The notes: generated from the sequence alone by a model not told the origin. A stretch of DNA of 64,000 bases from Moniliella sp. 'wahieum' (GCA_003971905.1 RSEE01000107.1:62001-126000); one strand, 5' to 3'. Positions 1 through 13,335 are shown, counted from the stretch's first letter. Made by a program: numbers and translations.

Positions 1-1487
1 ATGGAACGTCGGCGGCTACATTTGGGTACGTGTCTCGTTCGTGCGCAAGGGGGTGAGCAAGGGGGTGGGAGCAAGGTCAAAGTGGATGACCTGGAAGCTG
101 ACAGTGTCATGTGGCTCGGCAGGTTTTTCATGTCGATTGGAAGTGTGATTCGGAACGAATCGGGGCTTCCTGCTGGGGCAGAGGCACAGTGGGCCACGGC
201 AGGCAGATCGCGCCGATTGTTATGGCTCGTCGAATGCAGGCCCCGCAGGCTCACCAGGCCCTTCGCGACTATAGTTTGGTCGTGCCTCCCGCATCGTGTA
301 TCCCTGCGTTTTCGCATTTTCCCCCGTGCCAGAGGTTCTTACGTGCGGGCAACGGCCTGCTTCCCCTTGTACAGCCCAATCATATTTGCTCTCGTTTCGT
401 TGAGAGTACAAACATGGGTGTGCTGACACCTTGAGTTCTGCGCACTCAAGTTTAGTTGACCGAAGTGTGGTTGGGCGAGGCAGTAGCTGCTGAAGCGGAG
501 GCATGCGTTGATCGAGGAGCATGGAGAGGCGGAATCTGCGAGAATGTGACCAATTCGATCTTTCTTTCATCGCTGGGATCAATGAGGTCGATGAGATCAT
601 GAGACTGATCTCCTGGGTGAGAGGTGAGAGATTTTGAGAGATGAAACGAAGCACTTTCACGTCCGAAACTTACTTGTACCTCCAAGCTTTTGTCTTGGAA
701 GACAGGTGCGTACTCCAAATTTGGCGTGGTGAGGATGGAACAAGAGGCCACAAGGAAGGTACATCGCCAGAGGAGGCTTTGGGTAGTCCAAGAGGTAGAT
801 GTCGGTTGGCTATGGGTGGCCATCCTTCGATAGCCTTTACACCTTGCTCCTAGTATCCACTTTACCACATCCTCGATGCAGGTTCGGCCCCCGCCTGGAA
901 AATGGTTAACCATCCCTGTCCCATTAAAAGCAACTAGTAGCTACTTATTACTGTAGCAAGTCATCCACCACTACAAGCATGTCCACGTCATTATTTGAGC
1001 CGAGCTTGGACATGTTCCGGACCGTCGCTTGGCCCATGAACACGGACGTGGAAGACACGAGCGCGAGGAGAAAATGTGTAAGATAAAGTGTACATGATTA
1101 ATAGTGTTCGTAGTAGTGTACCGCGTTGTATAGAGACCCAGCCAGAAAAAAAACGACCCCAGATGAGGAGAAAGCAGAGCGCCTGTCCCTGTTGGATGGC
1201 ACGATCGGAGTATGGGTACGACGGAAAAGGAAGAAGACTTGAGCTGATTGAGCAGCGGATGCCAGAGTGGTGGAAACATGTGCAGAACGAAAGCGAAGCA
1301 GCGGATGTAGGATGTATGAAGCACGGCTGATGTGGCCAATGACGGATGCGGATGCGGTCGATGAGGATGGAAGAGAGAGAGAGCGAGAGCCACGGGAGGG
1401 GGGGGGGGGAAGGGGAAGGTGTTGAGGTAGGAAATGCAGAAATGACCCGCTCCCAAAAAGTCATAATTCGAAAAGACGATGAAAACG

Positions 1488-3513
1488 TTAGAGGACCGCA
1501 ACTTCATGACTCGTGTCGTCCAAGATGGACGTTTCGCCCAACTCGTCAGCCAACTGATCCAGCGCAGCAGCCCGTTCGCGTTCCCTCCGCTCTCTGCGCA
1601 GTTCGGCCTCCTCGTCTTCCGACAGGCTCATTGTATCACTTTGCAGAGGCAGGTGAAGCGGGGGGATTGCGTGACCGGGGACATGAGCATGAGACTTGTC
1701 CGAGGAATGACTGTGAGCCGGGTGAGGGCAAGCAAATGACCGCCCATTCGGGGACTCGGGAGCGTTCCCATGCTGCTGAGCTGCGAGGGCCGAGAAGAGG
1801 AGAGGCGGTGGTGCTGCGGGCGAGAGGGGGCGCGGGAATGGGCGCGGGACGCGGAAGCGGCGCGTTGTTCTCTGATCCACGCTTGGTCCCGCTGTCGCCG
1901 GCGCAGGATCGGGTCCCAAAAGTGATGTGCTTTGGTCTGCATCCCGTACGCTTGCGGGGTGATCTCCAGCACGTCGCCTTCGGGCACGTCAATGTGCGGG
2001 ATCTGTTGCGGAGATTGGCCTTGGAGGTAACCAAGGAGGACGCGCAGCACACTGGCCTGCGCCACAATCAGGATATCCGACGCGTGCGTTCCAGTTCCAT
2101 GATCACTGGCTCGATGCGCACACAGAGATCGTGATACGATTCGGCGCGTGGGTAGCGCGCTCCATAGGGCTCCTTTTGCAACCGGTCGTACTCGACCGGT
2201 ACATTTCCTGATCTCCGCCTCGGTCATGCCATCGACCATGCCGGGGTTGAGTTCACACAATTGGGATTTCTCCACTACCTTATCGCCCTGTTGCGGGAAA
2301 AAAGAGCAAGTGTGAGCCGCACGCCCGTCGATTGGACGTCCACACTTCCAGACGCCGTGGCGCAGGAGACTCGGACACTGTCGAACTTGCTGTTTGAGAG
2401 CGAATGCGCTGGCCGGCAGGAGTACCAGGCTCGCCCGACTTGGGGATCTCTTTGTCGTCGGTGGACGGAGGGCTGCTTGCGAGCGGACTACAGACGTGAG
2501 GCTTGGGGTGGGCAGACGGGGAGAAAGGAAGGGAAGACGGGTGGGTGTGGTCGTCGTGGATACCGGTAAGGCGCCCGCCGACGGCCAAAAGTTTGGGTGA
2601 CATGGGTGTCGGCGAGGAAGCGGTCGAAAGATCGGATCGTTCGCGACGGAGTTTGTCCATAAACTCGGTCAGTTCCTCGGCATATTGCCAGCCCAAGGAG
2701 GACAGGTCGGCATCGGCTTTGTACAGGTGGTCAACCAGGGCCTCGCCGGCACGGGCGAGATAGATGGTACGGTCGCGGTTGTGGACATTCATGAGAAAGA
2801 AGCAGATTCGGGACTGGAGGTAGCCGCGGACATTGTTGATAATCACGCGTTGGCCCACATTGATAATCTTGACGTACGACAGCTCGGGATTGGTGATGGT
2901 TTCGTACTCCATCTGGCGAGTGTGGATGCGGCGATAAAAATCAGCCACCGCCTTGTCCTTCTTCCATCCTTGGTAGTCGGGGCTGTTGAGTTTGACTGCT
3001 CGTACATTGTGCTCAATGACCCTGGGGTCGTCGCAGATGGTCTCGAGAAACATGACGGAGACATGGAGGGGCGCAAACTTGGCAAGCAAGGCAGCGCGGG
3101 TGGCTTGCTTGCCATTGTTGGCGTCGTAGATGACGACCTGGTTGCCGGCCTGGAAGTATTCGAACACCTGCTTGTCGAACTCGTCGACGATCTGGGCGCG
3201 GAGCTGCTCGGTAGCAGGCTTGCCGCCACCGACGGAGAAGTAGTCGTCGGGGAGGTCGTTGGGCTTGCCGAGGCGCTTGCGGCGGTAGTCGCCGAGGGAA
3301 AACACCTTGGCTTTGACGCCGAGCCAGAGCAGGTAGCGTTCCAGGGCATGGCTCAGATGGGTCTTGCCGCGCGCGGGCAGCCGACGGTGGCGATGAGGAT
3401 CTGGCCGGCATGGAACAGATGGCCCGACGCCGTGGCTGGGAGACGGGGGGTCAGTGGGGGGGGGTGGGGGGAGGGGGGGGGGCGGGCGACGTACTGTAGA
3501 GGGGGGCAGCCAT
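1488..3513 (-). CDS. 6-phosphofructo-2-kinase/fructose-2,6-bisphosphatase family protein (phosphatase domain lacks catalytic His)
   Basis: ATG at 3513 (MAAPLY), short intron, then ILIATVG(L)PARGKTH P-loop, FSLGDYRR, VVIYDANN, SPDY, YVKIINVG, GYLQSRICFFLMN in ORF 2280-3305. The phosphatase-like half (IYLARAGE...ILIVAQASVLRVLLGY) continues in ORF 1628-2275. The 3' end is joined across frameshifts. Confidence 0.9.
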
Positions 3514-4922
3514 GGGGAGGCTCTTGGGGGAGGGAGGGAGGATGAGGAGAGGAGGCGAAGAGGAGAGGAGGAGCGAAGAGGAGAGGAGGCGAAGAGGAGA
3601 GGAGGCGAAGAGGAGAGGAGGCGAAGAGGAGAGGAGGCGAAGAGGAGAGAAGAGAACGAGCGGTTAAAACGCGGTGCTTACTGCGTCTCGAACGGCGCTG
3701 GGAATGGGCACCAGAGTGTTAAATGCACGGCTGACTGGATGCTGAGCGCTGATCCGAGCACTGCGAATCGGACGGACGGCGAGCGGTGACATCAGCCATC
3801 GACTGCGCTGGAAGGCCAGCAGGGCAGTGGGCGCGTGGCTTAGCTCAGCACACGTGCCGAGCGTGGCGTGGGTGTGCTGCGACATGTCACATGTCACAAG
3901 TCGACGCACTCAGCCAAACCTCGCCCGGTTTGATTTGCGGCCGCAATCGCACCACCCGTTTTGGCCCTGGGTGGCCTTGGCCATCAATCGTATCCTGCCA
4001 TCCATGTCATCTTGCATGCCTCCGTATGCTCACGCCGGCCTCAGGTACCGGGGCAAGGCACCTAACCGTGGGTTGCGTTGTGCACCCCTAGCTCTCCTTC
4101 AGTCCCCGCTAGCGCCCTCAGCCCTCCCTCAGGCCCTCAGGCCCAGACCTCTGGGCAATTTCGATCAGCATTATCGACCAGGCCTCCGGCCTCCGGGCGC
4201 AAGATGGGGTGTCCTGGACAGAGCACAATAATACTTCTGCTGTTCTTCAATTCGTAGTCTGGAATTGGGTTGCCTGGCAACGTGCCCTGGGGAACGAGCA
4301 TCCGCGTCCCTGAGTCCCTGACCCCCCCCGTTGTTCCAGCTGGGCAAAGTACACGTCGCAGAGTAAACGCCACTTATGTACACAGCAGTGAGTTGCTCAG
4401 TTACCTATGGCGGATACGATGGTCAAGTGCCCCAGCTGACCTGGCAGACGGGCGACGTACCGGGGATGGGCGTCGCTGTGCGTTCCGTTCCCGTCGAGGG
4501 TAAGGGGTAACCGGTAACGGGAACCCGGTTGGGTATGCACGGGCGTTGCCGCTCTCGTCTTCATACTTCAAGCTTCACATATCACATGCACCCCCCTCCC
4601 GCGCACAATCAGCATCAGCTAACGCTCTCCAATCCGGACGGGCGATCAAGCTTCAAGCCTCAGGCCTCTGCTTCAAGACACGTGGACGCCTCATTGATAT
4701 GGGAAGCGTGTGGTCAGACCAAGCCCGGTGCCTAATTGGGTTTTCTCTCGTGGGCATGACCGCCCTCTGTCCCGTCCCTGCCCCCAAGGGGAGACGCGGC
4801 CAGGGTCGGAGAGGAGATGGAAGTTAGGGGCGCCCCTGGGCGGCTCACCGGTCAGCCGGAATCCTCAGGAGCTTAGTGCGTAATCTCACATTGTGTACTC
4901 CGCGCAGGGCCAATTGCATCCG

Positions 4923-5175
4923 TGCGCGTTCATCCATCTGGAGCCCAGCCAATTTGGATGCGTAGGATATATAGAACAGTCAAGGCACCTGCGTCTATAG
5001 AAAGGTAGGGCGCAATGGTGAAAGATAGGGTGTTTGGTTCTGCCAGGTCCTATCGCGAGGAACGTGCCGCTAACGGAGCCATCTCTCACAGACAAGTAAT
5101 CTGGCATTTCAGGACTGGGAACAACCAGGTTGAGCTTGGTAGTTGGTCCTGCGGTTGGATGAATTTGACTCGCAA
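4923..5175 (+). ncRNA. candidate structured non-coding RNA, class unknown
   Basis: Helices found by eye: 4929-4936/5156-5163 (perfect 8 bp), 4984-4988/5064-5068 enclosing hairpins 4990-5014 and 5024-5054, and hairpin 5110-5151. Wobbles read as G-U on the + strand. No recognisable ORF. Confidence 0.3.
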
Positions 5176-5321
5176 GTATCTCCAGTCATGAGCATACGCT
5201 ACACCACGGGAAAAGGTGTGTGGGGGGGGGAGTTATGCAATTGTTTGGGTAAGAACCGTTGGCAGTTCGCACAGCTCGCACAATTGGCACCAGTTCGGTT
5301 CGCCCACGAGACCGGGAAAAC

Positions 5322-5830
5322 TTACTTGGCCAAGCCGGGGGGTAAAGCTCCTCCTTCAGGGTTACACCAGCTCCTTGCGGACGGGTTCGAGAACATCGAG
5401 GTACTGTGGTACTGTTCCTTGTTCTCGACCTTGGCCTTGAGCGCTTCAAACACAACGGACCGCAGTGGGGTAGTCATTGACCCTGCGGGCGGCGCGGATG
5501 ATGGCCTCGGCGACCTCGGGGGAGGGGACGAGGTCGTAGGAGAAGGAGTTGTTGAATCCGCGCTGGACCTCGAACAGGTCCTCGGCCTCGCTGAAGAACT
5601 TGACGTAGCGGGCGGTGAACCTTCGTAGGTCTCCTCCTCGTGGTGGGCCGAGTAGTTGCGGACCCAGACTGGGGGCGGGCGAGAGGGGGTCAGCGGGACG
5701 CACGCGCAGGGGAGGGGCAGGGAGGGGGGGGGGAGGGACGCACGGGCAGTGGGGGTGCGGCGGGCGGCTGGGAGGGCAGCGCGCGTGGCAGTGCGCGCAA
5801 CAACGGCGGTGCGAAGGACACCGAGAGCAT
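5322..5830 (-). CDS. COX6: cytochrome c oxidase subunit VI (COX5A/Va family), mitochondrial precursor
   Basis: Arg/Ala-rich presequence from ATG 5830, then RNYSAHHEEETYE, FTARYVKFFSEAEDLFEVQRGFNNSFSYDLVPSPEVAEAIIRAARRVNDYPTAVR, FEALKAKVENKEQY and LGVTLKEELY, spread over three frames. Confidence 0.93.
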
Positions 5831-6123
5831 GGGGCGGTGGAGAGCGGAGAGGAGCGCCAGGGCGACCCACCAAGGGCAGCCAAGGGCTGCTGCCTGCCGG
5901 CCGGCCGGCTGCCCAACCAGCGCCACTGGCGCCGTGCGCTGCCGAGCCGGCTTAGAAATGGCGCCCGCCAGGGAAATTGAAAGTGGCAAGCGCTCGCCCC
6001 GGGCGGAATGGCGGATGCGGCCGGGGCGGAATTGGGTTTTGGTTTTGGCTCGCCAGTGGGCGACGCCCGGCGGCAACTTCTGCCCCTCCTCCCCTCCTCC
6101 CCCTCGCCGCGACGACGCGCACC

Positions 6124-8173
6124 ATGCGGGACCCCACCGCCCCCCACGGGCTCCACACGCAAAGCGCACCGAGGACGCATACAAGAAGATGCGCGGCGCA
6201 AGTATGTCTTCCTTCCCTTTGCCTTTGCGCCTGCTTTTCTCCTCTTGTGCCGACCCGCTGACCCCCCCCCCCGCAGACGCCATGCCGGCGACCGCGACCG
6301 CGACCACGATCGGTACCGCCGGACGAGCGGGAGCGGTACGAGCCCCCCGCCCGCCGTGCAGGCGGATGGGAACGTCGCGACCGTGCCGAGCGCTATGGTG
6401 GACGCTACCGTGAGGACCGGTACCGACCTCGTGAGTACGATCGCGAGGAGCGGTACGACCGAGACTGGGACCGACGCGGGGAGCGTGAGCGTGAGCGTGA
6501 TGGCAGTTGGGGTCGCCGTGGCCGTGGGACAGGCACTACCATGACGAGCGAGCAGGTTCGGCCTCGTTGGCAGGCGCGACGCCTCCGCCGGGAACGCGTC
6601 CGATTTCGGTGCATGCGCGGCCCAACTCGATGTGGGACCGGGCGGCACCCGGGTGGGAGCGTGTCTCTGCGTTCGCTGCCAAGGCTTCGGGCCAGTTTGG
6701 GCATGCGGGGCAACCGATATGGCATGTGAGCACCGCCCCTCTCCCTGTGTGGGAGGCTTGGATGACACGCTCGAGTTGCGCGCTGGTCCAGCGGGCAGCA
6801 CGGCGTCCCAGGCCTTGATGGCCGCGCCGGGCTCTGGGGCGGTGCAAGAAAATGGGTTGACGCCTCAGCAAAACTGGCAATCCCGCCGTCTCTATGTGGT
6901 GGGATTACGAATGAGGCCGAGTCGGCTTCGTTGGCGCAATTGTTTACTGACAAGCTCACCGAGCTCAACCTGTTGGTCCCTCCCGACCCCTCGAATCCCG
7001 ACTTTAACAAGAACGAGGGGTTGTATGTCGACTCTCCTACACCCACTCTCACGGCCCAGCTCAACCCCGACAAGGGGTATGCCTTTGTCGAGTTTCGGTC
7101 GCCGGAAGAAGCGAGCAATGCGCTGGCGTTTGATGGGATTGTGTACCAGAACCAGCCGCTCAAGGTGCGGCGTCCGAAAGATTATGTTGCTCCTGCCCAA
7201 AGTACCCCCGCGGCCATCCATGTACCCGGTATGATCAGTACCACTGTTCCCGACGGACCCAACAAGTTGTATATTGGGGGACTTCCGCTCGAGCTGAACG
7301 AGGAGGACGTGATCACGCTCCTGCAGAGTTTAGGGGAGCTGCGCGCGTTCAATCTGGTGCGCGAACAAGCCAATGGTCCTAGCAAGGGCTTCGCCTTTGC
7401 TGAATACGTTGACCCGGCCAGCACGCAAACGGCGGTGAGCACGTTGAACGATTTCCCCCTGGGCGATCGGACGTTGGTGGTACAGCGGGCCAGTGCTGGG
7501 GCGGCGGCGCGTATGCTGCCCTCTCGGCCGGTGTTGCCTCCTAGTGCGCCCACGCTGCCTGGGGCCGACATGGCGAGCGCTGGCGAACCGACGACGTGCC
7601 TCCAGATGCTCAACATGGTCACGCCAGACGAGTTGAAGGACGATGAGGAGTACGCAGACATTGTGGAAGATGTGCGGGACGAATGTGCCAAGTACGGAAC
7701 GGTACAGGACGTGCGCATTCCGCGCCCGGCAGCCGATTCGCGTGGATGGGCAGCACAGAGTCACTTGCCCGGCGCGGAAGAACGTCCCGGGGTGGGTCGG
7801 GTGTATGTCAAATTTTCCACAACGGAAGAATGTGCAATGGCGCTCAAGGCGATTGCTGGCCGACAATTCGAGGGCAGAGTGGTGATTGCCGCCTTTTTGA
7901 CTGAGAGTGAGTGGCCCACGACTGAGGATGGGGGCGCGAGGACGGCTGAGGAATCGTCCCGTATGGCCTCGGGACCTCGGCAGGAGGGCACGGGCGGGGC
8001 TGACACGGGATCCGCTCCCGCTCCTTCGGCACCAGCTCCAGCTCCACCGGAGGAAGCACCACCACTTCCACCATCGCCACCGCCGCCTCCTCCAGAGGAG
8101 GCACCACCTATGCCGGATGAAGCGCCTCCCCCCCGCCGCCGGAAGATGCACCGCCCCCCCGGACGAGGCGTAG
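6124..8173 (+). CDS. U2AF2: splicing factor U2AF large subunit (U2AF65)
   Basis: RD/RE-rich N-terminus, intron 6202-6276, RRM1 (RRLYV..KGYAFVEFRSPEEA), RRM2 (KLYIGGLP..KGFAFAEY), UHM (LQMLNMVTPDELKDDEEY..GVGRVYVKF), Pro-rich tail ending TAG 8173. Start codon uncertain. Confidence 0.93.
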
Positions 8174-8887
8174 GATTGCCTTGTGGCTGGGACTGCCAAA
8201 AAAACTTGCGACAATTGATGTGGATGGTGAAACGGTGAGTGAGTTGGCCAGGATGGGATGTGCCTACGTAGAAGAAGGAAAGGTTACTATAGTCGACCTC
8301 CAGCTGAGTGCCCTCGTTTGTGCCTACTATAGTAAATACCCTTTGGACGTGTTGAAGGCGAGGGGAGGGATTTCTCATTCCCACTCTTGCTGAAGCTCGG
8401 GCTCTCCGCCCGCCTAACACCCTACCAGACTTCATAGTGCAGGGGCCAGCTGCGCAGCCAACACCGCTTAGTCAAGCCACTGTGCTGTGGACAAAGAACG
8501 AGACCGAAGACGAGGGCGGGGAAAGCTGCTAGATGAGCTGACGAGCTGGACGAGCTGGATGAGCTGGATGAGCGCAGCGAAGCGTTCCACGCGGGTCTTC
8601 GGGGCGGAGTGGGGGTGCGGGCAAAAGTGGCTCCGGTAGAAAGCAGGCGGAAGCCCCCCGCACGAGCCAAGGCTGGCGCCGTGCCGCACTGCGATTTTCG
8701 GTCATGTTCGACGTCGGATCAGGCCCGGGGTTTATTTAATCGATTTAATCCCGCGCACGGCCTGCTGGCAGCAAGGTTCTCTCTCTACCACCTCCTGTGA
8801 GCCCCCCATTCGCGCGCTCCTCCCGCTCTCCATCCCCACCCCATCCCCTGTCGCATCTCCATCCCCATCCCAATCCCCATCCCCGCC

Positions 8888-10733
8888 ATGTCTGCTGCCG
8901 AGCTCAAAGCCAAGGGCAACGCTGCCTTTGTTGCCAAGAACTACGCTGAGGCCATCCAAGAGTACACCAAGGCCATCGAGGTCGCCACACCGGCCGACGC
9001 TGTCCATGTGCTCTACTCGAACCGTTCCGCGTGCTATGCCGGTCTGAAGGAGTGGCCCCAGGCACTGGAGGATGCTAACAAGGTGCGCTCTCCCCTCTGC
9101 TGCGGACACCACGTGTGCTTGTGGCCGTAGCCAGCTGTGACTGACATGCCATTAATCATTGGCAGTGCATTGAAATCAACCCGAGCTTCGCCAAGGGCTA
9201 CAGCCGCAAAGGTTCTGCTCTCCATGGCGAGCACAACCCCGCTGCCATTGCCGCGTTTGAGGAGGGCCTGAAGATTGCCCCGACCGATGCTGGTCTGAAG
9301 AAGGGTTTGGCGGATGTGCAGCGGGCCGAGGAGAACGAGGCTGCTGCGTCTGGCGCCGACAGCTTGGGGAAGATGTTTGCTGACCCCAACTGTTTGGCAA
9401 GCTGGCCGCCAACCCCAAGACAGCTGCACTGGTCGCCGACCCATCCTTCCGGCAACAGCTGCAGATGGTGCAACAGAACCCGTCTTTGGCGGGTCAGATG
9501 ATGTCCTCGGACCCACGTTTCTTCCAGGTCATGGGTGTCCTGATGGGCATTGATTTGACAGCGTTTGAGCGCCCGCAAGGCAGCTCGGACTTGCCTCCCG
9601 AGCTGGAGAAGAACCGGGATGAGATTGAGCGTCAAACGGGGTCGTCTAGCGCGTCCCAGCCCGCCGCCGCCGCGCCCGCAGCTGAACCCGAGGCTAAGGA
9701 CACGAAGATGGCCGAAGCTTCGGCGGAGGACGAGGCGAAGGTTGCCGCTGACAAGGAGAAGGCGGAGGGCAATGCGCTGTACAAGAAGCGTCAGTTTGAG
9801 CCTGCCATTGTGCACTACAAGAAGGCTTGGGAGTTGCACAAGGACATTACCTACTTGAACAACCTTGCGGCGGTGTACTATGAACAGGGCAAGTACGACG
9901 AGTGCATCCAGACGTGCGAGACGGCTGTGGAAGAAGGCCGCGAGGTGCGGGCGGACTTCAAGTTGATTGCCAAAGCGCTGGGTCGCATTGGGTCTGCCTA
10001 CAGCCAAAAGGGCGACGTGGACGAGGCGATCAAGTACTTCCAAAAGTCGCTCACGAGCACCGTACGCCCGACATTCTCACCAAGCTGCGCCAGAGCGAGA
10101 AGGCAAAGAAGGAGGCTGCGCGGCAGGCGTACATTGACCCTGCCCGGGCGGAAGAAGAGCGGACGAAGGGCAACGAGCTCTACAAGGCTGGCGACTTTGC
10201 CGGCTCGGTGGCGGCGTACTCCGAGTCGATCAAGCGCAACCCTTCGGATGCGCGGGGCTACACGAACCGCGCGATGGCGTACATTAAGCTCGCGGCGCTT
10301 CCTGAGGCGCTCAAGGACTGCAATGAGGCCATCAAGGTGGACCCGAAGAATGTCAAGGCGTACATTCGCAAGTCGGTGGTGCTGACGGCGATGAAGGAGT
10401 TTACACAAGCGCTCGAGGCGATCCAGCAGGCGGAGGACATTGACGAGGCAGCCGAGGGCGAGGAGAAGAACAAGCACCGGCGAGAGATCCAGGGCCAGCA
10501 CGCCAAGGTGGCCAATGAGATGTACTCGCAGCGGGCGAACGAGACGGACGAGAGCGCTGGAGCGGGCAATGAAGGATCCGGAGGTGGCGCAGATCATGTC
10601 GGACCCGGTGATGCAGTCGATTTTGCAGCAGGCCCAGTCGAGCCCGGGGGCGCTGCAGGACCACATGAAGAACCCTGCGATCCGGTCCAAGATCCAGAAA
10701 CTGATTGCGGCCGGCATCATCCGGACGAGGTAA
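8888..10733 (+). CDS. STI1: Hsp70/Hsp90 organising co-chaperone Sti1/Hop
   Basis: TPR1 ([23 protein letters not shown]), intron 9083-9165, DP1, TPR2A ([14 protein letters not shown]), TPR2B ([11 protein letters not shown]) and DP2 ([30 protein letters not shown]). Confidence 0.96.
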
Positions 10734-11423
10734 GCGCTCGGCTGCGAACGCGTCGTCTACTACGGCCACTGTGGAACCGAACCCGCTTTGGCGTCTGTCT
10801 GTGTGGTGTCCCATGGATTTGAGCATATGAGCCGCATGTCACTACTGTTCCCCCGTGTGCGCATGCATCTTTTCACCCCCACGCGGGCCGAGTGGAAGAC
10901 AGAGACAGACAGAGGAGCGAAGGTGTGGGCAGTGGGCACTTGAGGCTGGATGGGAGTGGCCGCGACGGGTTGGGCGTAGGCCAAGCCAGCCTTGCCGGAC
11001 ACGTCACGTGGCCGGTGCCGTGGGCGGACTTGGATCATCGATCAGAGAGGGTTAGTCGGCTGCGTACGTAAGTGACTAGGGAGGCCTGGGGAGCTGCGGA
11101 GGCACATGGGCGATTATCGATTACGTCAGGCGGAACCGCGTGGGCTTTTTTTTTTTTTTTCACAACCCTACGGCAGCCGGCAATCTAGCCAGCAAAGCAC
11201 CGCGCCCAGCCGATTGAATCGGATTGTGCGTTTTTTTTTTTTTTCCGATTCAGATTGAGCCTGCGTCGCCCTCAGTCGTTGCGTCGCGCCCCCCGCCGTC
11301 GCCCGTCTTCCCGTTCCCGCCACAGTGTCCCTCGCTCCGCTCCTTGCCCTGACGCTTGTCCGTGCCCGCCTCGTTCGTCCACGTACTGTGTCGTGCCTGT
11401 GCGTGTTCTGTCGCGTGTCCACC

Positions 11424-13335
11424 ATGTCCACCCTGCTCGTCCCCCACGCCGCGGCAGGCCCCGCGCCAAGCTGGGCCCCGGCACGCGCGTGCTCGAGCAG
11501 CGCGTCCGACACCGCCTCCTGCTCCAGCGGCTCGAGCGCCACTCGCGCTCCCACACCTCCCTCTTCAAGCCGTCCAAGCCGTCCAAGCCGTCTAAGCCTT
11601 CTAAGCTGGCCAAGCTGGCCAAGCGGAGGAAACGCGCCCGCCTCGGCGCTTCCTCTGCCTCTTGCCTCCTCGGCCTCTTCGGCTTCTTCAGCTTCTTCCG
11701 TCTCCTCGGCCACCTCTGCGTCGCCAGCAACCGGCTCGCCTGCGCCCACCCATCCCGATGCCCTGGCCTCGCTGCCCAAGCCTCCCCCCAAGACCCGACG
11801 CGTAGCGTTGACTACCCTCCCCCCCGCTCCTGCTCCTGCTCCTACTCCTACTCCTCCTACTTTGACTTCGGCTTCGGCTTCGACTTCGGTTTCGGCTTCT
11901 GTCGCCGCCTCCGCCTCCGCCTCCGCTCCTTCGTCCCCTAGAAAGCGGAAACGCGACGCGTCCTTGCCTGCTTCCGTATCTGCTTCTGTGTCTGCTTCTG
12001 CACCTGCTTCCCCGGCGCAGGCAGAGCAGCAACTCCCGCGTCCATCGGACCCGGCGCAAGACAAGCACAAGAAGCACAAGAAGCGTAAAAGTCCATTGAC
12101 AGTGGACCCGCTGAACGGTATGCGCGATACTGTGGCCGCTGGGGAACCGAAGGTGCTTGCGCAGGAAACGACCAACTTGGTAGGTACGCAACTGCCTGCT
12201 GTACCGACCCCGACCGCTCGCACCCGCCGGATCGTCCGCTTCTTCGGACCCAGTACGAGTACGACCCCTGCCGCGCTCGTGGTAGCCCCACCGGAAAAGA
12301 AGAGTAAGAAGGCCAGTCCCTCCAACCCGAGTACGGGGCGGGGGCGGGTACGAAGGTCAAAGCGGAGGCCCATGTGGCGAGTCTGAGCATGACAATGCCT
12401 CCCGGTACCACGTCGCGCAAGGGTCTTCGTAACTATGGCAACACGTGTTACCTCAACTCGGTTCTGCAGACCTTAATGCACACTGCACCGCTAGTCACAA
12501 CGTGTTTGGACGCTGCGACGCGCTCCCGCCCGCTCAAAGGGTTCGATCCGGTCCAAGCGCTGGGGGGCTTGGCCGCGTCCGCGCTCTTTGCGGGTGCAGG
12601 CGCGGGTGCGGGTGCCGGGGCAGCGTGGCCGCGGCGTTTTACGAGCACTTGCCCAAACCGTTGAGGAAAGGGAGGCAAGAGGATGCACATGAGTTCCTTC
12701 GACTTCTTTTGGAGGGGATGAGCACCAGCCTTTCGCCTGCCAAGCCGTCTGGTGGTCCGAAGAAGGACGTGTGCCGGACAGCGATCCAACGGATCTTTGG
12801 TGGTCGGTTCCGGTCGCGGGTCACCTGTGGTTCTTGCCACGCTCACTCGGATACGTTTGACGAGTTTGCCGATGTGAGTGTCGACATTGCTTCTCCGCGC
12901 ATCACGACGCTTGCGGATGCGCTGGCGGCGTTCACCAAGCCTGATCGTCTGACGGGCGGGAACAAGTACCTGTGCGATGGGTGCAAGAAGCGGAGCGATG
13001 CCGTGAAACGGTTCACGGTGCATGAGGCCCTGAGGGGGTGCTCACGATCCAACTCAAACGGTTCGACTGGACTGGGAAGAAGGTGACGCGTCCAATCAAG
13101 TTCCAACAACGTTGGACCTGAGCCCGTACATGTCAGGCCAGGGCGGGACGTACGAGCTGTACGGGATTGTGCACCATTTTGGACACGGTGTCAAGACGGG
13201 GCACTATGTGGGCGCGGTGCGGCAGGCGAGGAATCGGCCCGCTGGGCCCGGTTGGACGACGAGTACGTATCGGACTACACGCTCAACACGTCCGATCCAT
13301 CTGCCTACATTCTCTTCTACCAGCGTCGCGTCTGA
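11424..13335 (+). CDS. ubiquitin-specific protease (USP36/USP42-like, peptidase C19)
   Basis: Low-complexity basic N-terminus, Cys box GLRNYGNTCYLNSVLQ, QEDAHEFL, CxxC pairs (CGSC, CDGC), His box YELYGIVHH..GHY, LDDE, AYILFY, stop at 13335. Confidence 0.9.

Noticed and set aside
3541..3655. AG-rich (GAGGCGAAGAGGA) repeat ORF
   Set aside because: It is the pyrimidine-rich 5' leader of the minus-strand PFK-2 gene, a pattern seen before most genes here.
5446..6801. Long antisense/alternative-frame ORFs (also 11168-12373, 33954-35357, 50677-51873, 54416-55567)
   Set aside because: Shadow ORFs from high GC, overlapping recognisable genes and with low-complexity translations. Only the last ~55 aa of 5446-6801 belong to COX6.
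8420..8887. Heat-shock element upstream of STI1
   Set aside because: No clear array of three alternating nGAAn units.
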